Assembly (NCBI GenBank): GCA_047285535.1
Contig: JBJBDC010000001.1
Coordinates: forward strand, 2,656,136-2,720,135
Origin: Synechococcus sp.
Lineage (GTDB): Bacteria > Cyanobacteriota > Cyanobacteriia > PCC-6307 > Cyanobiaceae
Reading direction: 5' to 3'
Length of the DNA: 64,000 bases
The position numbers and the translations under genes were made by a program. Positions 11,346 to 21,850 of the stretch are shown one piece after another. The notes beneath the pieces were generated by a model. It was given only the letters and a program-made list of their open reading frames with translations. It made no database searches and had not been told where the DNA came from. Within the stretch, counting starts at the first letter, position 1, and each line of letters opens with the position of its first letter.

Positions 11346-14300
11346 ATGGAGCAGCGTGTACAAGCCCTGGGATCGGAGTGGATTGAAACGTTTCGATGTC
11401 GGAGTCGCGTTGATCTGCTCTCTGGATGGTGGAGAATTGGAGATCAGCAACGCCGATCGGTACTGATTAATCCATGGGGACGACAACATCGTCCTGATTG
11501 GGCTGAGCGCGGACTTCTCGTTTGGCCTCGAGGTGGCAATTGGTTGCGACTTGAGCAGAACCTCGTTTGCCCTCGGGCTTGGCATCGGGCGAGTGCGTCA
11601 TGCGAGCGACTGGTGCTCAGCTGGTGGGCAGATCAAGTACGCCTTTGGGTCGATGGGGTGCTTGTGCATGAGGGCGATTTGTTCGATACCCGCTGCCGCT
11701 GGGTCCTTCCAGCGGACTGGCGGAAACGATCCAAGTTGCGGATTCAGTTGGAATTACGCAGTCCCTGTCATGACGATGGTGCTCTCGTTCAGAGCCTCTT
11801 GGTGCAGGAACCTCTTAAAGCAGATTGCGACCAGGATGGGGTTTTGCTTCCTGAAGCCCTGGTCCTGGCCTGCACTCATGGAGAGTCCATTCCTGAGGCT
11901 GTTTTGGCGTGCGACCCAAACTCAGCAGAGGCTGTGGCATTGGTAGCTCGCTATTTGGCGACTCGCTCCAGGCCAGCGGGTCAGGTGCATTGGCTGGGGC
12001 ATGCTCATTTGGATCTTGCTTGGCTATGGCCGGTGGCTGATACCTGGCAAGCCGCGGAGAGGACCTTTCGCTCAGCGCTCGACTTGATGGAGCGCTTCCC
12101 GGAGCTTCATTTTTCTCATTCAACCCCGGCCCTCTACTCCTGGATGGAACGCCATCGCCCAGAGCTGCATGACCGTATTCAGCGGGCCAGTCGCCAAGGC
12201 CGTTGGGAGCCGATCAATGGCCCTTGGGTTGAGACCGATTGTGTCTTGATCAGTACGTCGTCATTATCTCGGCAATTCTCTCTCGGACAGGCGGACAGTT
12301 TGAGACGCTTCCCGGAATGGCGTCATGACTTGGCCTGGCTGCCTGACAGTTTTGGTTTCGCTGCCGGACTGCCTGTATTGGCGAATGCCAGCGGTGTGCG
12401 CTGGTTCTGCACACACAAACTGGCCTGGAATGCCGCCAATCGTTTTCCCCATCGCTTATTTCGCTGGCGCAGCCGAGGGAATGCGGAAGTGATGGCTTTG
12501 ATGCTGCCAGGCATCGGTACCGATGGGGATCCTGTTGCGATGGCAGAAGAGCATCGGGATTTTCAGTTCGCTACAGGACTGGCCACAGCGATCTGGTTGC
12601 CCGGGGTTGGTGATCATGGCGGGGGGCCCACTGCAGAGATGTTGGAACAGATGAGGCTTTGGCAGGAACAACCTCAGGCCTTGGCGCAGAAGCCCGGTAC
12701 GTTGCGCTCCTATCTCGATCAATTGGAGCCTGTTTGCTCATCGTTACCGGTCTGGCGGGATGAGCTCTATCTCGAGCTTCATCGGGGTTGCGCGACCAGT
12801 CGGCCTGATCAAAAACGCCATAACCGCAGTCTGGAAAGGCATCTTCGTGAGGCTGAGCTTGCTGCTGCATTGCTTGGGTCTCGTTCCGATCAACTGGTGC
12901 CAGGTCATGAGGAGGCCAGCGATTGGCGCCCCCTGCTGTTCCAGCAATTCCATGACATCCTCCCTGGCACCTCGATCCCTGAGGTGTTTGAACAGGCTGA
13001 ACCGATCTGGCGCGACTCGCGCCGAAAAGCCGTTCGCTGTCGGGACGCATTGTTAGGTCATCTCTTCGCCGCAAAGACCGATGGGTTGGGTTCAGATCCG
13101 CAATGGACTCGATGGACTTGGTGCAGCTTGCAACCCCTTGCGCATTGGTCGCCGTTGTTGCGTCTGCCCAAGGGACACTGGTCCAGTGGTGGGCAGACGC
13201 TTCCCTCGCAGGTTGCAGGCTCGGGAGGGGTCTGGGTTCAATTGCCCCGTTGCGATGGAGTTTGTGCCCTCCCGCTTCAGCGCAGTAGGGAGCCGGTGGG
13301 TTCTCCTCTTTCGATTCGCCAACCGGTGAGCGTGGGGGGAGCTGCGTCGGGTGGTTGGACGTTGAGTAATGGACTGTTGTCTGCGGATGTGAGCATCCAT
13401 GGACTAGTTCAGCTTCGCGATCGGCATGGTGTACCTCAGCTTCGTGAATCCTTGCGATTGTTGCGTTTTGCCGATCGCGGGGAGTTCTGGGATGCATGGG
13501 ATATCGCAGCTGATTACCGCCAACATCCGCTGCAGATGCCTGAGACCTGGGCGGTTGAACTGGTGGAGTCGGGCCCCCTATTGGCCAGGATTGTGCTGCG
13601 AACTGTCTCAGGGCTGAGCAATGTGCGTCTTGATCTGTTGCTGAAGGCCGACGTGCCCTGGCTCGAGGCTCAGATCAGCATCGATTGGCGGCAGACCCAT
13701 GAACTGCTGAGGTTGGAGCTGCCCTTGAAGACTCCCTCTGTTCGTTGGGCCGCAGACACCACGGGCGGAGTGATTGAGCGGCCAGCAGACGTCTTGACAC
13801 CTAGGGAACAAGCACGCTGGGAACTGCCGGTGATTTCTTGGTTGGCAGCTGAGTCGGCTGCTCCAGGAGGTGGTCTTGCGCTTCTTCTGGATGGTCCTCA
13901 GGGTGCTGATGCTAGTTCGGCTCATTTAGGCGTGTCGCTAGTGCGAGGGCCGACTTGGCCTGATCCCTCGGCTGATGCTGGATGCCACAGACACCGGTTG
14001 GCGTTCATGCCTGTGATGAAGGGTTGGGCCCGCAATGCTGTCCCTCAAGCTGCGATTCGATTTCGAGAACCAGGTTGGTGTGGTCCCGTCGCGCTGGACC
14101 ACCGTTGGCAAGCGCTTCCTGCATTGCCAGAAGGACTGATTCCTGTCTCTGTCAAAAAAGCATCCCTAGGGGGTTTAAGCGATGACGCCATTGAGATTGA
14201 AATTTTGAACCCGGGACCATCTCGTCAGCGTTGGTTGCTTGACGAGTGTTGGAGTCTCCGCTCGCTGAACTCCAACGCACGAACCAGTTGCTGGGAGGTT

Positions 14301-14351
14301 CGACCTGGAGAGCTCATGACGTTGATTTTGGAAAGGCATCAATCCTCATGA
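11346..14351 (+). CDS. Alpha-mannosidase, glycoside hydrolase family 38
   Basis: [50 protein letters not shown]. Confidence 0.93.
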   Translation: MEQRVQALGSEWIETFRCRSRVDLLSGWWRIGDQQRRSVLINPWGRQHRPDWAERGLLVWPRGGNWLRLEQNLVCPRAWHRASASCERLVLSWWADQVRLWVDGVLVHEGDLFDTRCRWVLPADWRKRSKLRIQLELRSPCHDDGALVQSLLVQEPLKADCDQDGVLLPEALVLACTHGESIPEAVLACDPNSAEAVALVARYLATRSRPAGQVHWLGHAHLDLAWLWPVADTWQAAERTFRSALDLMERFPELHFSHSTPALYSWMERHRPELHDRIQRASRQGRWEPINGPWVETDCVLISTSSLSRQFSLGQADSLRRFPEWRHDLAWLPDSFGFAAGLPVLANASGVRWFCTHKLAWNAANRFPHRLFRWRSRGNAEVMALMLPGIGTDGDPVAMAEEHRDFQFATGLATAIWLPGVGDHGGGPTAEMLEQMRLWQEQPQALAQKPGTLRSYLDQLEPVCSSLPVWRDELYLELHRGCATSRPDQKRHNRSLERHLREAELAAALLGSRSDQLVPGHEEASDWRPLLFQQFHDILPGTSIPEVFEQAEPIWRDSRRKAVRCRDALLGHLFAAKTDGLGSDPQWTRWTWCSLQPLAHWSPLLRLPKGHWSSGGQTLPSQVAGSGGVWVQLPRCDGVCALPLQRSREPVGSPLSIRQPVSVGGAASGGWTLSNGLLSADVSIHGLVQLRDRHGVPQLRESLRLLRFADRGEFWDAWDIAADYRQHPLQMPETWAVELVESGPLLARIVLRTVSGLSNVRLDLLLKADVPWLEAQISIDWRQTHELLRLELPLKTPSVRWAADTTGGVIERPADVLTPREQARWELPVISWLAAESAAPGGGLALLLDGPQGADASSAHLGVSLVRGPTWPDPSADAGCHRHRLAFMPVMKGWARNAVPQAAIRFREPGWCGPVALDHRWQALPALPEGLIPVSVKKASLGGLSDDAIEIEILNPGPSRQRWLLDECWSLRSLNSNARTSCWEVRPGELMTLILERHQSS

Positions 14352-14479
14352 TCATCAAATGGATCATCAAGATTTTTGGATGGAGGACCAAAAGCGGTAT
14401 ATACCCCAAATCCTGTTAACCCAAGCAGGGCCGCCAGCACTGCAATCGCCACTGACATAGCCGGGGACGAACTTTCCAT
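14339..14479 (-). CDS. psbN: PsbN
   Basis: Hand translation [46 protein letters not shown]; divergent from psbH as usual. Confidence 0.96.
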   Translation of the reverse strand: MESSSPAMSVAIAVLAALLGLTGFGVYTAFGPPSKNLDDPFDDHED

Positions 14480-14564
14480 CACAACTCTCCAAGGTTTCGA
14501 CCCTTTGTAGGGGCGTTGCGCCTAGAGTATCGAGACTTGATTCCATCCGAGACTTAGCGCTTCC

Positions 14565-14771
14565 ATGGCTCAACGCACCCGTCTGGGAGATTTGCTCCGC
14601 CCTTTGAATTCCGAATACGGCAAGGTCGTTCCTGGCTGGGGAACAACTCCCGTCATGGGGATTTTTATGGCCCTATTTCTCGTGTTCCTACTCGTCATTC
14701 TTCAGCTGTACAACAAGTCGCTGATTCTTGAAGGTATCAACGTCAATTGGAATGGCTTGGGCCTGGGCTGA
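14565..14771 (+). CDS. psbH: Photosystem II protein H
   Basis: [29 protein letters not shown]. Confidence 0.98.
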   Translation: MAQRTRLGDLLRPLNSEYGKVVPGWGTTPVMGIFMALFLVFLLVILQLYNKSLILEGINVNWNGLGLG

Positions 14772-14780
14772 GATCAGCCA

Positions 14781-15044
14781 ATGAATGTTTTCGGCATTGG
14801 CCTGCCAGAGATGGCCGTCATTGCGGCGGTCGCTCTCTTGGTATTTGGCCCTAAGCGACTTCCTGAGTTTGGTCGAACCCTTGGGAAAACCCTTAAGGGG
14901 TTTCAGTCTGCCTCCAAGGAATTTGAGCGAGAAATTAATAAGGCTATGGCTGATACGGAGCCCGTAGGGGAACAATCCAAAGTGTTGGAATCCATTTCTG
15001 ACGAAGGTACTGTTCCGCCTGGTTCAACGCCCCCAGCTGATTAA
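14781..15044 (+). CDS. tatA: Twin-arginine translocase subunit TatA/E
   Basis: FGIGLPE..LLVFGPKRLPEFGRTLGK. Confidence 0.93.
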   Translation: MNVFGIGLPEMAVIAAVALLVFGPKRLPEFGRTLGKTLKGFQSASKEFEREINKAMADTEPVGEQSKVLESISDEGTVPPGSTPPAD

Positions 15045-15048
15045 GTCG

Positions 15049-15672
15049 ATGAATCGTGGCGATCTTCGCCTTGTCGTTGGGCTGGGGAATCCTGGAAATC
15101 GCTATGCCAACACCCGACACAATGTTGGCTTTATGGCTTTAGAGCGATTGGTTGCTCGGGAGGGAGGCAACTTTCGTCTAATGCCCAAGCTTCAGGGCCA
15201 ATTGGCTGATTTGGGTTTAGGTGAATCGCGTCTTCGTTTGTTGATGCCGCAGACCTTCATGAATGAAAGCGGTCGTTCCATACGTGCTGCTTTGGATTGG
15301 TTTGGGTTTGAGGTCAGCCAGCTCTTGGTGCTTGTTGATGACATGGATCTTCCGCTCGGTCGTTTGCGTTTGCGGGCCAGAGGGGGTGCTGGTGGTCATA
15401 ACGGCCTTAAAAGCACCATTCAGCATCTCGGCAATCAGGACTTTGCTCGGTTGCGGATTGGCATCGGTGCACCAGGGCAAAATCCCAGCGAAAGGAGGGA
15501 AAGAACGGTGTCTCACGTCCTTGGAAGTTTCAATCGTGAGGAAGCAGCTTTGCTCGACAGGGTTTTGTTCGAGGTTCTCGATGGCCTGGATCGGATTCAA
15601 CGACAAGGTCTCGACCTTGCGGGGAATCACATCAATGGGCTTCAGCTTGCTCCACTTGAGACTGACGCGTGA
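15049..15672 (+). CDS. pth: Peptidyl-tRNA hydrolase
   Basis: VVGLGNPG..TRHNVGF, PQTFMNESG, GGHNGLKS. Confidence 0.97.
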   Translation: MNRGDLRLVVGLGNPGNRYANTRHNVGFMALERLVAREGGNFRLMPKLQGQLADLGLGESRLRLLMPQTFMNESGRSIRAALDWFGFEVSQLLVLVDDMDLPLGRLRLRARGGAGGHNGLKSTIQHLGNQDFARLRIGIGAPGQNPSERRERTVSHVLGSFNREEAALLDRVLFEVLDGLDRIQRQGLDLAGNHINGLQLAPLETDA

Positions 15673-15929
15673 TGGCAGCGCTACCTGTAACGACTGCCCA
15701 TCTTCGGGTTCAACGTCAGAGTTTTGTGGATCAATGTCTTGAAGGCGAAGTCCAGGCAGGTGGATTTAATTGGCAGTTCAGTTGGTTTTTCGATCGGGGT
15801 GAACTCAGTGTGGAGCCTTCCCTTGGTCGAGCATTGATTCAAGACGCCTTGCTGCGTTTTCTTGTGAAATCTGACTATGACCTTGAACCTGGAGGGGATT
15901 ACACCTTCACCGTGAGGGCCCGTTTCTGA
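15672..15929 (+). CDS. DUF3146 family protein
   Basis: LPVTTAHLRV..GEVQAGGF..VEPSLGRALIQDAL..DYDLEPGGDY. Confidence 0.85.
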   Translation: MAALPVTTAHLRVQRQSFVDQCLEGEVQAGGFNWQFSWFFDRGELSVEPSLGRALIQDALLRFLVKSDYDLEPGGDYTFTVRARF

Positions 15930-16344
15930 GTGGATCAGGTCCAGGCCAGTGCAAGGTTCGACCGAGATGATCTTCCAGGATCACGAGTGCCGCAATAGCG
16001 TCTAGATCGCCGGATGGGACTCTCAGGCCAGAGGGAATCAACCGTTTTATGCCCTTTGAGGGCCACAGCTGCCAGTAACGCTCTCTGGCTCGAAGGGTAG
16101 TCCCTGTTTCGTCAACGACACGGATCGGTACGTTTGGTGGAAGCTTTTGTTGCCAGATCTGGCTGCTGGTGCCATCTCCGATGACCAGTTCATCAAGAGG
16201 AGATTCATTCATCCAGTCGCAAAGCTGAGCCAGCACTTCAGGGGTGGTCAACACCCTGCCATCGAGCACGATGTTTGTTGAAGTGTCCGCAAGAATCAGC
16301 CCACATTTGCTTCGTCCAGGATCGATGCAAATAACGCGTGTCAT
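15907..16344 (-). CDS. YqgF/RuvX-like RNase H-fold nuclease
   Basis: IDPGRSKCG, IGDGTSS, VDETGTTLRAR, DAIAALVILE. Confidence 0.85.
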   Translation of the reverse strand: MTRVICIDPGRSKCGLILADTSTNIVLDGRVLTTPEVLAQLCDWMNESPLDELVIGDGTSSQIWQQKLPPNVPIRVVDETGTTLRARERYWQLWPSKGIKRLIPSGLRVPSGDLDAIAALVILEDHLGRTLHWPGPDPLRNGPSR

Positions 16345-17471
16345 CGGCTGAGACGCAGTTCGATGGCGACGGGATCTGCGGTTTCGCTGCTTCGCAGCGC
16401 TACAGCTTCCAATTCCACCCGGCCACCATTGCGTTCGATCAGCTCTTGGCCCAGACGATTGATGGCGTTTCCGTCAAACTGCAGGCCTTGGCTTAGAGAA
16501 CCGCGTCTTTGTACTTCTGCCAGGGTGGATGCGAGGAGCAGGTTAAGGCGGTTGCGCACGGCTTCGGGGGCTTTTTCGTTGCCCGCGAGGGCGGTGCGGG
16601 CTAGCACCTCACCTTCCCTGGCTACCGTGACATTGGGACGGACTTCAGGGAAAGCGTACACAACAGTTTCTCCAAGAAGCACATTGCCAGCTGAACGGAC
16701 GTTGACCACCCAGGTGCCAGGTTTGCGAATCGCTTGTTCCAACCGCTTGATATCCGCCCGTGGAACGAGCAGGATCTGTCGCTCTGCCGGTTGGCCAGGC
16801 AATACCTTTTGATAGGCCTGAAGATTCGCTTCTCTTAATAACTGATCGATGACATCCTTGGCCTGATCGGGGCGATCGAGCTTCAGGGTTGCGGTGGCCA
16901 GAGGTTGCCCGCTGCTGATGGCGACGTTGCCGCGTCGAAGCGCCAGAAGGGTGTCCTCAAGTTGTTTAAGTTCCAATTCGCCACTGCGAATTTGTGAAAG
17001 GACAGCTGCTAGTTCTTGTTCTGTTCGTTGGATTTCTGCATCTTTCGCATTCACTTCTTGGCTTAGTCGCGTCCGCTCAGCTTCTAAAGCTCTTGTTTGC
17101 TCTTTAAGAGGTTGCATGGTGCGACGAAGCTCCCCTGCGCGCTGTTGGGCTTCCGCTAGGTCCTTGCTGGCTTGCAACTGAGCACGGTTGCTTGACTTGA
17201 GGTCGGCACGACTGCTTCGCAATCTGGCTTGCAAATCATTGAGTTCAAATAGGCCAACCCTTAATTGTCGACTGACGAGCAGCAATAAGCCAAGCGAGAG
17301 GACGCTGATCATGCTGCCTGTCAGCACCGTGATCACCACAGCCGTTCGTTTCGGCCTTAGTCCAAGCAAGCTGAGGCGAGCTTTTCCAACCCGTGAGCCA
17401 AGGCGGTCTCCCAGGGTGGAGAGCACACCACCAAGCACGAGCAGGGCGATAAGTAGGAACCAGCCGGTCAC
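16341..17471 (-). CDS. DUF3084 membrane-anchored coiled-coil protein
   Basis: LGDRLGSRVGKARLSLLGLRPKRTA N-terminus followed by a heptad-rich region; usual position downstream of ntcA. Confidence 0.85.
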   Translation of the reverse strand: MTGWFLLIALLVLGGVLSTLGDRLGSRVGKARLSLLGLRPKRTAVVITVLTGSMISVLSLGLLLLVSRQLRVGLFELNDLQARLRSSRADLKSSNRAQLQASKDLAEAQQRAGELRRTMQPLKEQTRALEAERTRLSQEVNAKDAEIQRTEQELAAVLSQIRSGELELKQLEDTLLALRRGNVAISSGQPLATATLKLDRPDQAKDVIDQLLREANLQAYQKVLPGQPAERQILLVPRADIKRLEQAIRKPGTWVVNVRSAGNVLLGETVVYAFPEVRPNVTVAREGEVLARTALAGNEKAPEAVRNRLNLLLASTLAEVQRRGSLSQGLQFDGNAINRLGQELIERNGGRVELEAVALRSSETADPVAIELRLSR

Positions 17472-17522
17472 GGAGAGTTAAGAATCAGGGGTCGGATGGG
17501 AGCTCCATCTTCTCCTGCTTGT

Positions 17523-18260
17523 TCAGCTGAAACGCTTGGCGAGAGCGATTGGATCGAGAACGGTGATTTTTTTGCGATCGATGTCAACAAGGCCAGAGGA
17601 CTTGAGATCGCCGAGAAGACGAGTGATGGTCACACGTGTGGAACCAATGGCTTCGGCAATTGCTTGATGTGAAAGGCGTAGATCGATTGTGATTCCACGC
17701 TCTCCAGGCACTCCGAAATCTCGACAGAGTACTAAAAGAAAACTCACCAGTCGGGATGACATATCGCGATGGGTGAGGGTTTCAATCATCGTTTCAGTTT
17801 GAAGAATTCTGCTGGAAAGCCCCTGCAACAACAACAATCCAACACCGGTATCCGCTTCAATAGCCTGTTTCACTGATGTTGCTGGTGCAGTCAACATCTC
17901 CACGCGAGTGAAGGCGATCGAATGATAAAAACGATCTGAGCGGTGGCCTGTGAGCAGAGACAAAACCCCAAATAGACTATTTTCTCGCAACAGGGCAACG
18001 GTGATTTCCTCTCCAGATTCGTAAACCCGCGAGAGGCGGACGGCACCACGACGAATCAAATACACCTTTTCAGCAGGGTCACCTGGAAAAAAGATTGTTT
18101 TTCCACGATCCACCATCTCGCAGTTGGCACCATCGAGCCCGCGAATTACGTCCTGAAGGGTGCGATTGGTTGGACCTGAAGCGGTGCCCAAGATAGTTCC
18201 AACGGTACGGACTGTTGCTGGGGGTGCGTAGCGGCTGAAGCCGCGGCTGACTTCGGCCAT
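17523..18260 (-). CDS. ntcA: Global nitrogen regulator NtcA (CRP/FNR family)
   Basis: [45 protein letters not shown]. Confidence 0.98.
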   Translation of the reverse strand: MAEVSRGFSRYAPPATVRTVGTILGTASGPTNRTLQDVIRGLDGANCEMVDRGKTIFFPGDPAEKVYLIRRGAVRLSRVYESGEEITVALLRENSLFGVLSLLTGHRSDRFYHSIAFTRVEMLTAPATSVKQAIEADTGVGLLLLQGLSSRILQTETMIETLTHRDMSSRLVSFLLVLCRDFGVPGERGITIDLRLSHQAIAEAIGSTRVTITRLLGDLKSSGLVDIDRKKITVLDPIALAKRFS

Positions 18261-18281
18261 CTTTCCATCGCGTATGACGAG

Positions 18282-18323
18282 ATGTTATGGATCACTCTTT
18301 CCCGCTCATGTAGCAATGAACAC
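18282..18323 (-). promoter_or_regulatory. NtcA-activated (autoregulatory) ntcA promoter
   Basis: Minus strand GTG-TTCATTGC-TAC (18323-18310), then exactly 22 nt, then TAACAT -10 box (18287-18282). Confidence 0.8.
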
Positions 18324-18338
18324 GAAATTCCGCCTTGT

Positions 18339-19064
18339 CTATTGAGTGGAAAGCGCTCTTCTCTGATTCTCCATCAGCTGTCTGAGACCAGGCTCGGCAA
18401 GGTCCAACAATTCATTCAGCTGTTTGCGGCTAAAAGGAGCACCTTCTGCTGTCCCCTGCAGTTCAAGCAATTGCCCCTTTCCGTTCATCACCACATTCAG
18501 ATCCACGTCGGCATGGCTGTCTTCGCTGTAGTCGAGATCGAGAAGTGGGAGGTTGTTGATCACACCAACGGAGACAGCTGCTACCTGGCATTGGACAGGG
18601 TTTGAGTTGAGGACCCCTTGCTGAACAAGCCGATCACAGGCTCGTTGGAGGGCGATCCAGGATCCGCTGATTGCAGCGGTGCGGGTTCCTGCATCCGCTT
18701 GAATGACATCACAATCGATTTTCAATGTGTTCTCGCCAAGAGCCTGCATGTTGATGGCTGCTCGCAAGCTGCGTCCAATCAGCCTTTGAATCTCTTGGGT
18801 TCTTCCACTTAACTTTAAGAGCTCTCGATTTTGGCGCTCCGGCGTGGACCCAGGAAGGAGGCGGTACTCGGCGCTAAGCCACCCCTGGCCTTGATCTTTG
18901 CGCCAGCGAGGCACACCCTCTTGATGGCAAATGCTGCAAAGAACTGCTGTGCGCCCGCTGTGAATGATCACTGAACTGAGGGCGAAGCCCATGGGATCCC
19001 AGTTGATAGAGAACGGGCGAAGGTCTCCAGGCTGACGTCCGTCATTGCGAGGGGTTGCGGTCAT
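18339..19064 (-). CDS. rph: Ribonuclease PH
   Basis: GWLSAEY.LLPGST..R, SGRTQEIQRLIGRSLRA, DCDVIQADAGTRTA, LQGTAEG. Confidence 0.97.
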   Translation of the reverse strand: MTATPRNDGRQPGDLRPFSINWDPMGFALSSVIIHSGRTAVLCSICHQEGVPRWRKDQGQGWLSAEYRLLPGSTPERQNRELLKLSGRTQEIQRLIGRSLRAAINMQALGENTLKIDCDVIQADAGTRTAAISGSWIALQRACDRLVQQGVLNSNPVQCQVAAVSVGVINNLPLLDLDYSEDSHADVDLNVVMNGKGQLLELQGTAEGAPFSRKQLNELLDLAEPGLRQLMENQRRALSTQ

Positions 19065-19198
19065 GAGCACAGGATGCGGAAGTGCTTCAAGCCTGTCAGT
19101 TGACTTGCAACACCATAGATAGTGTCAAAAGACTTGTGAATTGGGCTGACGCCGCTAGATTCATCAACATCCGGATTTGCCGGACATCGGCAACTGTG

Positions 19199-19807
19199 AT
19201 GACCGTCAGCCTCAGACCTAACCATCATTCGCGTGAATCACGGAGTGTTGACCACAGGACACTTGAGCAATCAGGGCTTAGGCAACTACCGTCTCTACCT
19301 TCTCGGCCTCACCTGCATTTGGTGGCACCTGAAGGTCAGCTTCAGGTGCATACCGCCTCGTTTCGGGGTAGTTTTTCTGGCGTCTTAAGCCAGGCGCTGC
19401 GTACGGCAGGTCTGGGTAGCAATGTTTTGATCGCTCAGTTCCTTAAGGGTGGTGTGGATCAAGGCCCGCAGAGCAGCCTCACCTTGTGTGATCGCCTTTG
19501 CTGGTTGCGTCCTTCCGTAACGGAGTGTCTATCCGACCCTGCTGCAATTCGCGATGACGAAGTTAAAGATGCGGTTCAAGAGGTTTGGAAGATTTGTAAA
19601 ACCCATCTTTTTGATGGATCACTGGATCAACTCGTTTTGGATGAGATCGGTTTGGCAATCGAGTTGGGATACCTCAAGCATGAGGAGGTGTTGTTCGTGT
19701 TGGAGAAAAGGCCATCAGCCATGGATGTGATCGTGACAGGGCCTGCCATTCCTTCACGGATGATGGAGATGGCTGACCAAGTCACTGAATTGCGTCGAGG
19801 TTTCTAA
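19199..19807 (+). CDS. CobA/CobO/BtuR-family adenosyltransferase-like protein with degenerate P-loop
   Basis: QFLKGG, LVLDEIG, VIVTG, MADQVTE motifs present; GxGKGKT absent. Confidence 0.8.
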   Translation: MTVSLRPNHHSRESRSVDHRTLEQSGLRQLPSLPSRPHLHLVAPEGQLQVHTASFRGSFSGVLSQALRTAGLGSNVLIAQFLKGGVDQGPQSSLTLCDRLCWLRPSVTECLSDPAAIRDDEVKDAVQEVWKICKTHLFDGSLDQLVLDEIGLAIELGYLKHEEVLFVLEKRPSAMDVIVTGPAIPSRMMEMADQVTELRRGF

Positions 19808-20400
19808 TGCTTAAGAACGATCGTTGGATTACGGCTCAGGCTGATGCAGGCATGCTGAAGCCGTTTCAATCAGGTTTGGTGCGCCATTTGGATCCTGATC
19901 AAAGTCGCAGACCAGTTCTCAGCTTTGGATGCTCTTCCTATGGCTACGATTTGAGGCTTTCGGACAAGGAGTTTTTGATCTTTCGCCATGTGCCAGGCAC
20001 GATCATGAACCCCAAGCGTTTCAACCCTGACAACCTTGAATCTACGCCCATTTATCATGATGATGATGGGGACTATTTCATTCTTCCAGCTCATTCGTAT
20101 GGCCTAGGCGTTGCTCTTGAAAAAATGCGTGTGCCGTCAAATATCACTGTTATTTGTCTTGGGAAAAGTACTTATGCGCGTTTAGGTATCATCGTGAATA
20201 CAACTCCAGCTGAAGCAGGTTGGGAGGGGCATCTTACCTTGGAGTTCAGCAATAGTTCTGGGGCAGATTGTCGTATTTATGCAAACGAGGGCATCTGCCA
20301 GCTGTTGTTCTTTGAAGGTGATCCATGTGAGACAACCTATAAGGATCGCCAAGGAAAGTATCAGCATCAGCCAGAACGGGTGACTCTGGCCAAGGTCTGA
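19807..20400 (+). CDS. dcd: dCTP deaminase
   Basis: SSYGYDLRL, GKSTYARLG, AGWEGHLTLE, KYQHQ. Confidence 0.97.
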   Translation: MLKNDRWITAQADAGMLKPFQSGLVRHLDPDQSRRPVLSFGCSSYGYDLRLSDKEFLIFRHVPGTIMNPKRFNPDNLESTPIYHDDDGDYFILPAHSYGLGVALEKMRVPSNITVICLGKSTYARLGIIVNTTPAEAGWEGHLTLEFSNSSGADCRIYANEGICQLLFFEGDPCETTYKDRQGKYQHQPERVTLAKV

Positions 20401-20422
20401 ATTCAGCACCAGTCTTTAATGC

Positions 20423-21148
20423 TCAGGGTGCAAGCTTTGCCTTGTGAAGTCTTGTCTTTTCGTACCAAGTTGAAAATTCTGGTGTCCAGGCTTGGAGATG
20501 AGGCCACATCAGGTCGCAGAGCTCGCGGATCTCTTGCTGGGCATCGAGCTTTGCACGAAGATCCATGAAATGAAGGAAGGCTCGCAATGTGAAGCTCACT
20601 ACAAAATGTTGCCGATAATCAAATGGGAGAATTCCCCGAGCATGTTCTTCTGCAAAGCCAGCCTGGATTAATTCTTTATATCGATTAGCGCTGATTTTGC
20701 AATGATTCAAATCTTTGTTCCGCTCGATTTCGCTGTAGATGTATTTCTTTCCTTGACGATCTCTGTAATCGCCAACAGGACGCAAATAGAATACATCCTC
20801 AAGATCAAGTTCGCCAGCAGCAGCCCTGCAAATGCGATCGCCGGTATATCGCATGGACTGCACATCGAAGCTGATGCCGACACGATGTGTGCGTGCCTGT
20901 TGCATCACTGAGTGTGGAAACCAGCCCACGTTCAAAACGATCTGGGCATGCTCCATTGGACCATAATGTCCCCTTTCCCCTGCAAGTAAGCGTTTGACAC
21001 AGATCTCCCCTGCTTTGGTCTCATCGGGCCATTCTCCTCTATCTGCTGCAACGAAACCTTCGCTGTAATCCTGATGCATTCCTAAATACACGCACTGTTG
21101 TGGATTTGGAGTTGCGGAGATCAGGTCGACCCGAAAACGAGAGTCCAT
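20423..21148 (-). CDS. thyX: Flavin-dependent thymidylate synthase
   Basis: GHYGPMEH, QARTHR..SFDVQSMRY, EEHARGILP, LRAKLDAQQEI. Confidence 0.96.
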   Translation of the reverse strand: MDSRFRVDLISATPNPQQCVYLGMHQDYSEGFVAADRGEWPDETKAGEICVKRLLAGERGHYGPMEHAQIVLNVGWFPHSVMQQARTHRVGISFDVQSMRYTGDRICRAAAGELDLEDVFYLRPVGDYRDRQGKKYIYSEIERNKDLNHCKISANRYKELIQAGFAEEHARGILPFDYRQHFVVSFTLRAFLHFMDLRAKLDAQQEIRELCDLMWPHLQAWTPEFSTWYEKTRLHKAKLAP

Positions 21149-21182
21149 AAGTTTCCTATTCGATCAACGGATCATGCTTGGT

Positions 21183-21728
21183 CTAGCTGTGGCTGCGGGG
21201 TCCTGGGCTTTTAAATGTCTCTGCCTGGGTAACAGTGCTGGTAGAACCAACGCCTGAAATCTGGGGCAACGGCTTATCTTCGATCAGCGCAACGACCAAC
21301 GATTCCAACTGTTCAATTGTTTTCGCCCCTATAGAGCGACCGCGCATGACGCCGTCGGAGTTAAACAAATTAAGTTGAGGAATCCCTGTGACGCCATACA
21401 GATCGACTAAATCCAACCAGCGTGGGTTGTCGATGTTGACCAGGACAATGTCCAATTGATTGCCATAGTTTTGTTCGGTTTGGAGCAGCGCTGGGGCCAT
21501 AGCTTGACAGGCCTCGCACCAATCGGCATAAAACTCAAGAATGGTGGGCTTGCTGTTGGTGAGGGCAATCTCAGGATCTAGAGATTGGCGGGCCAGCTGG
21601 TCGAGTGGAGCGTCCTGATGAAGTCCATTTCGAAGCAGAAATAACCCTGCTGCGAGGACGATTGCCGTGATTAGGAGAAACCCCTTCTGCAAGGGGGTCA
21701 GGGTGGCGGAATCGGAACGACCGGTCAT
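21183..21728 (-). CDS. txlA: Membrane-anchored thioredoxin-like protein (TxlA/HCF164 type)
   Basis: TM helix then EFYADWCEAC, V.GIP; ATG at 21728 (the longer upstream ORF extension overlaps the opposite gene). Confidence 0.85.
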   Translation of the reverse strand: MTGRSDSATLTPLQKGFLLITAIVLAAGLFLLRNGLHQDAPLDQLARQSLDPEIALTNSKPTILEFYADWCEACQAMAPALLQTEQNYGNQLDIVLVNIDNPRWLDLVDLYGVTGIPQLNLFNSDGVMRGRSIGAKTIEQLESLVVALIEDKPLPQISGVGSTSTVTQAETFKSPGPRSHS

Positions 21729-21850
21729 GCCGGGAAGCAACGAAGACTCGTACTTTGGCAGGCTGAAGACCTTGTTGTTGCTAGCGTTTGTAGCCAATTT
21801 GTTGTGGTCAGCATTCTCGTTGATTTCATCGATCAACCGTCGTCTCCTTG

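Noticed and set aside
12571..13497. 308-aa antisense ORF within the mannosidase, and the many similar shadow ORFs (e.g. 27420-28220, 29088-29768, 25175-25780)
   Set aside because: They lie fully within well-supported genes, have no motifs and show the composition typical of off-frame translation.
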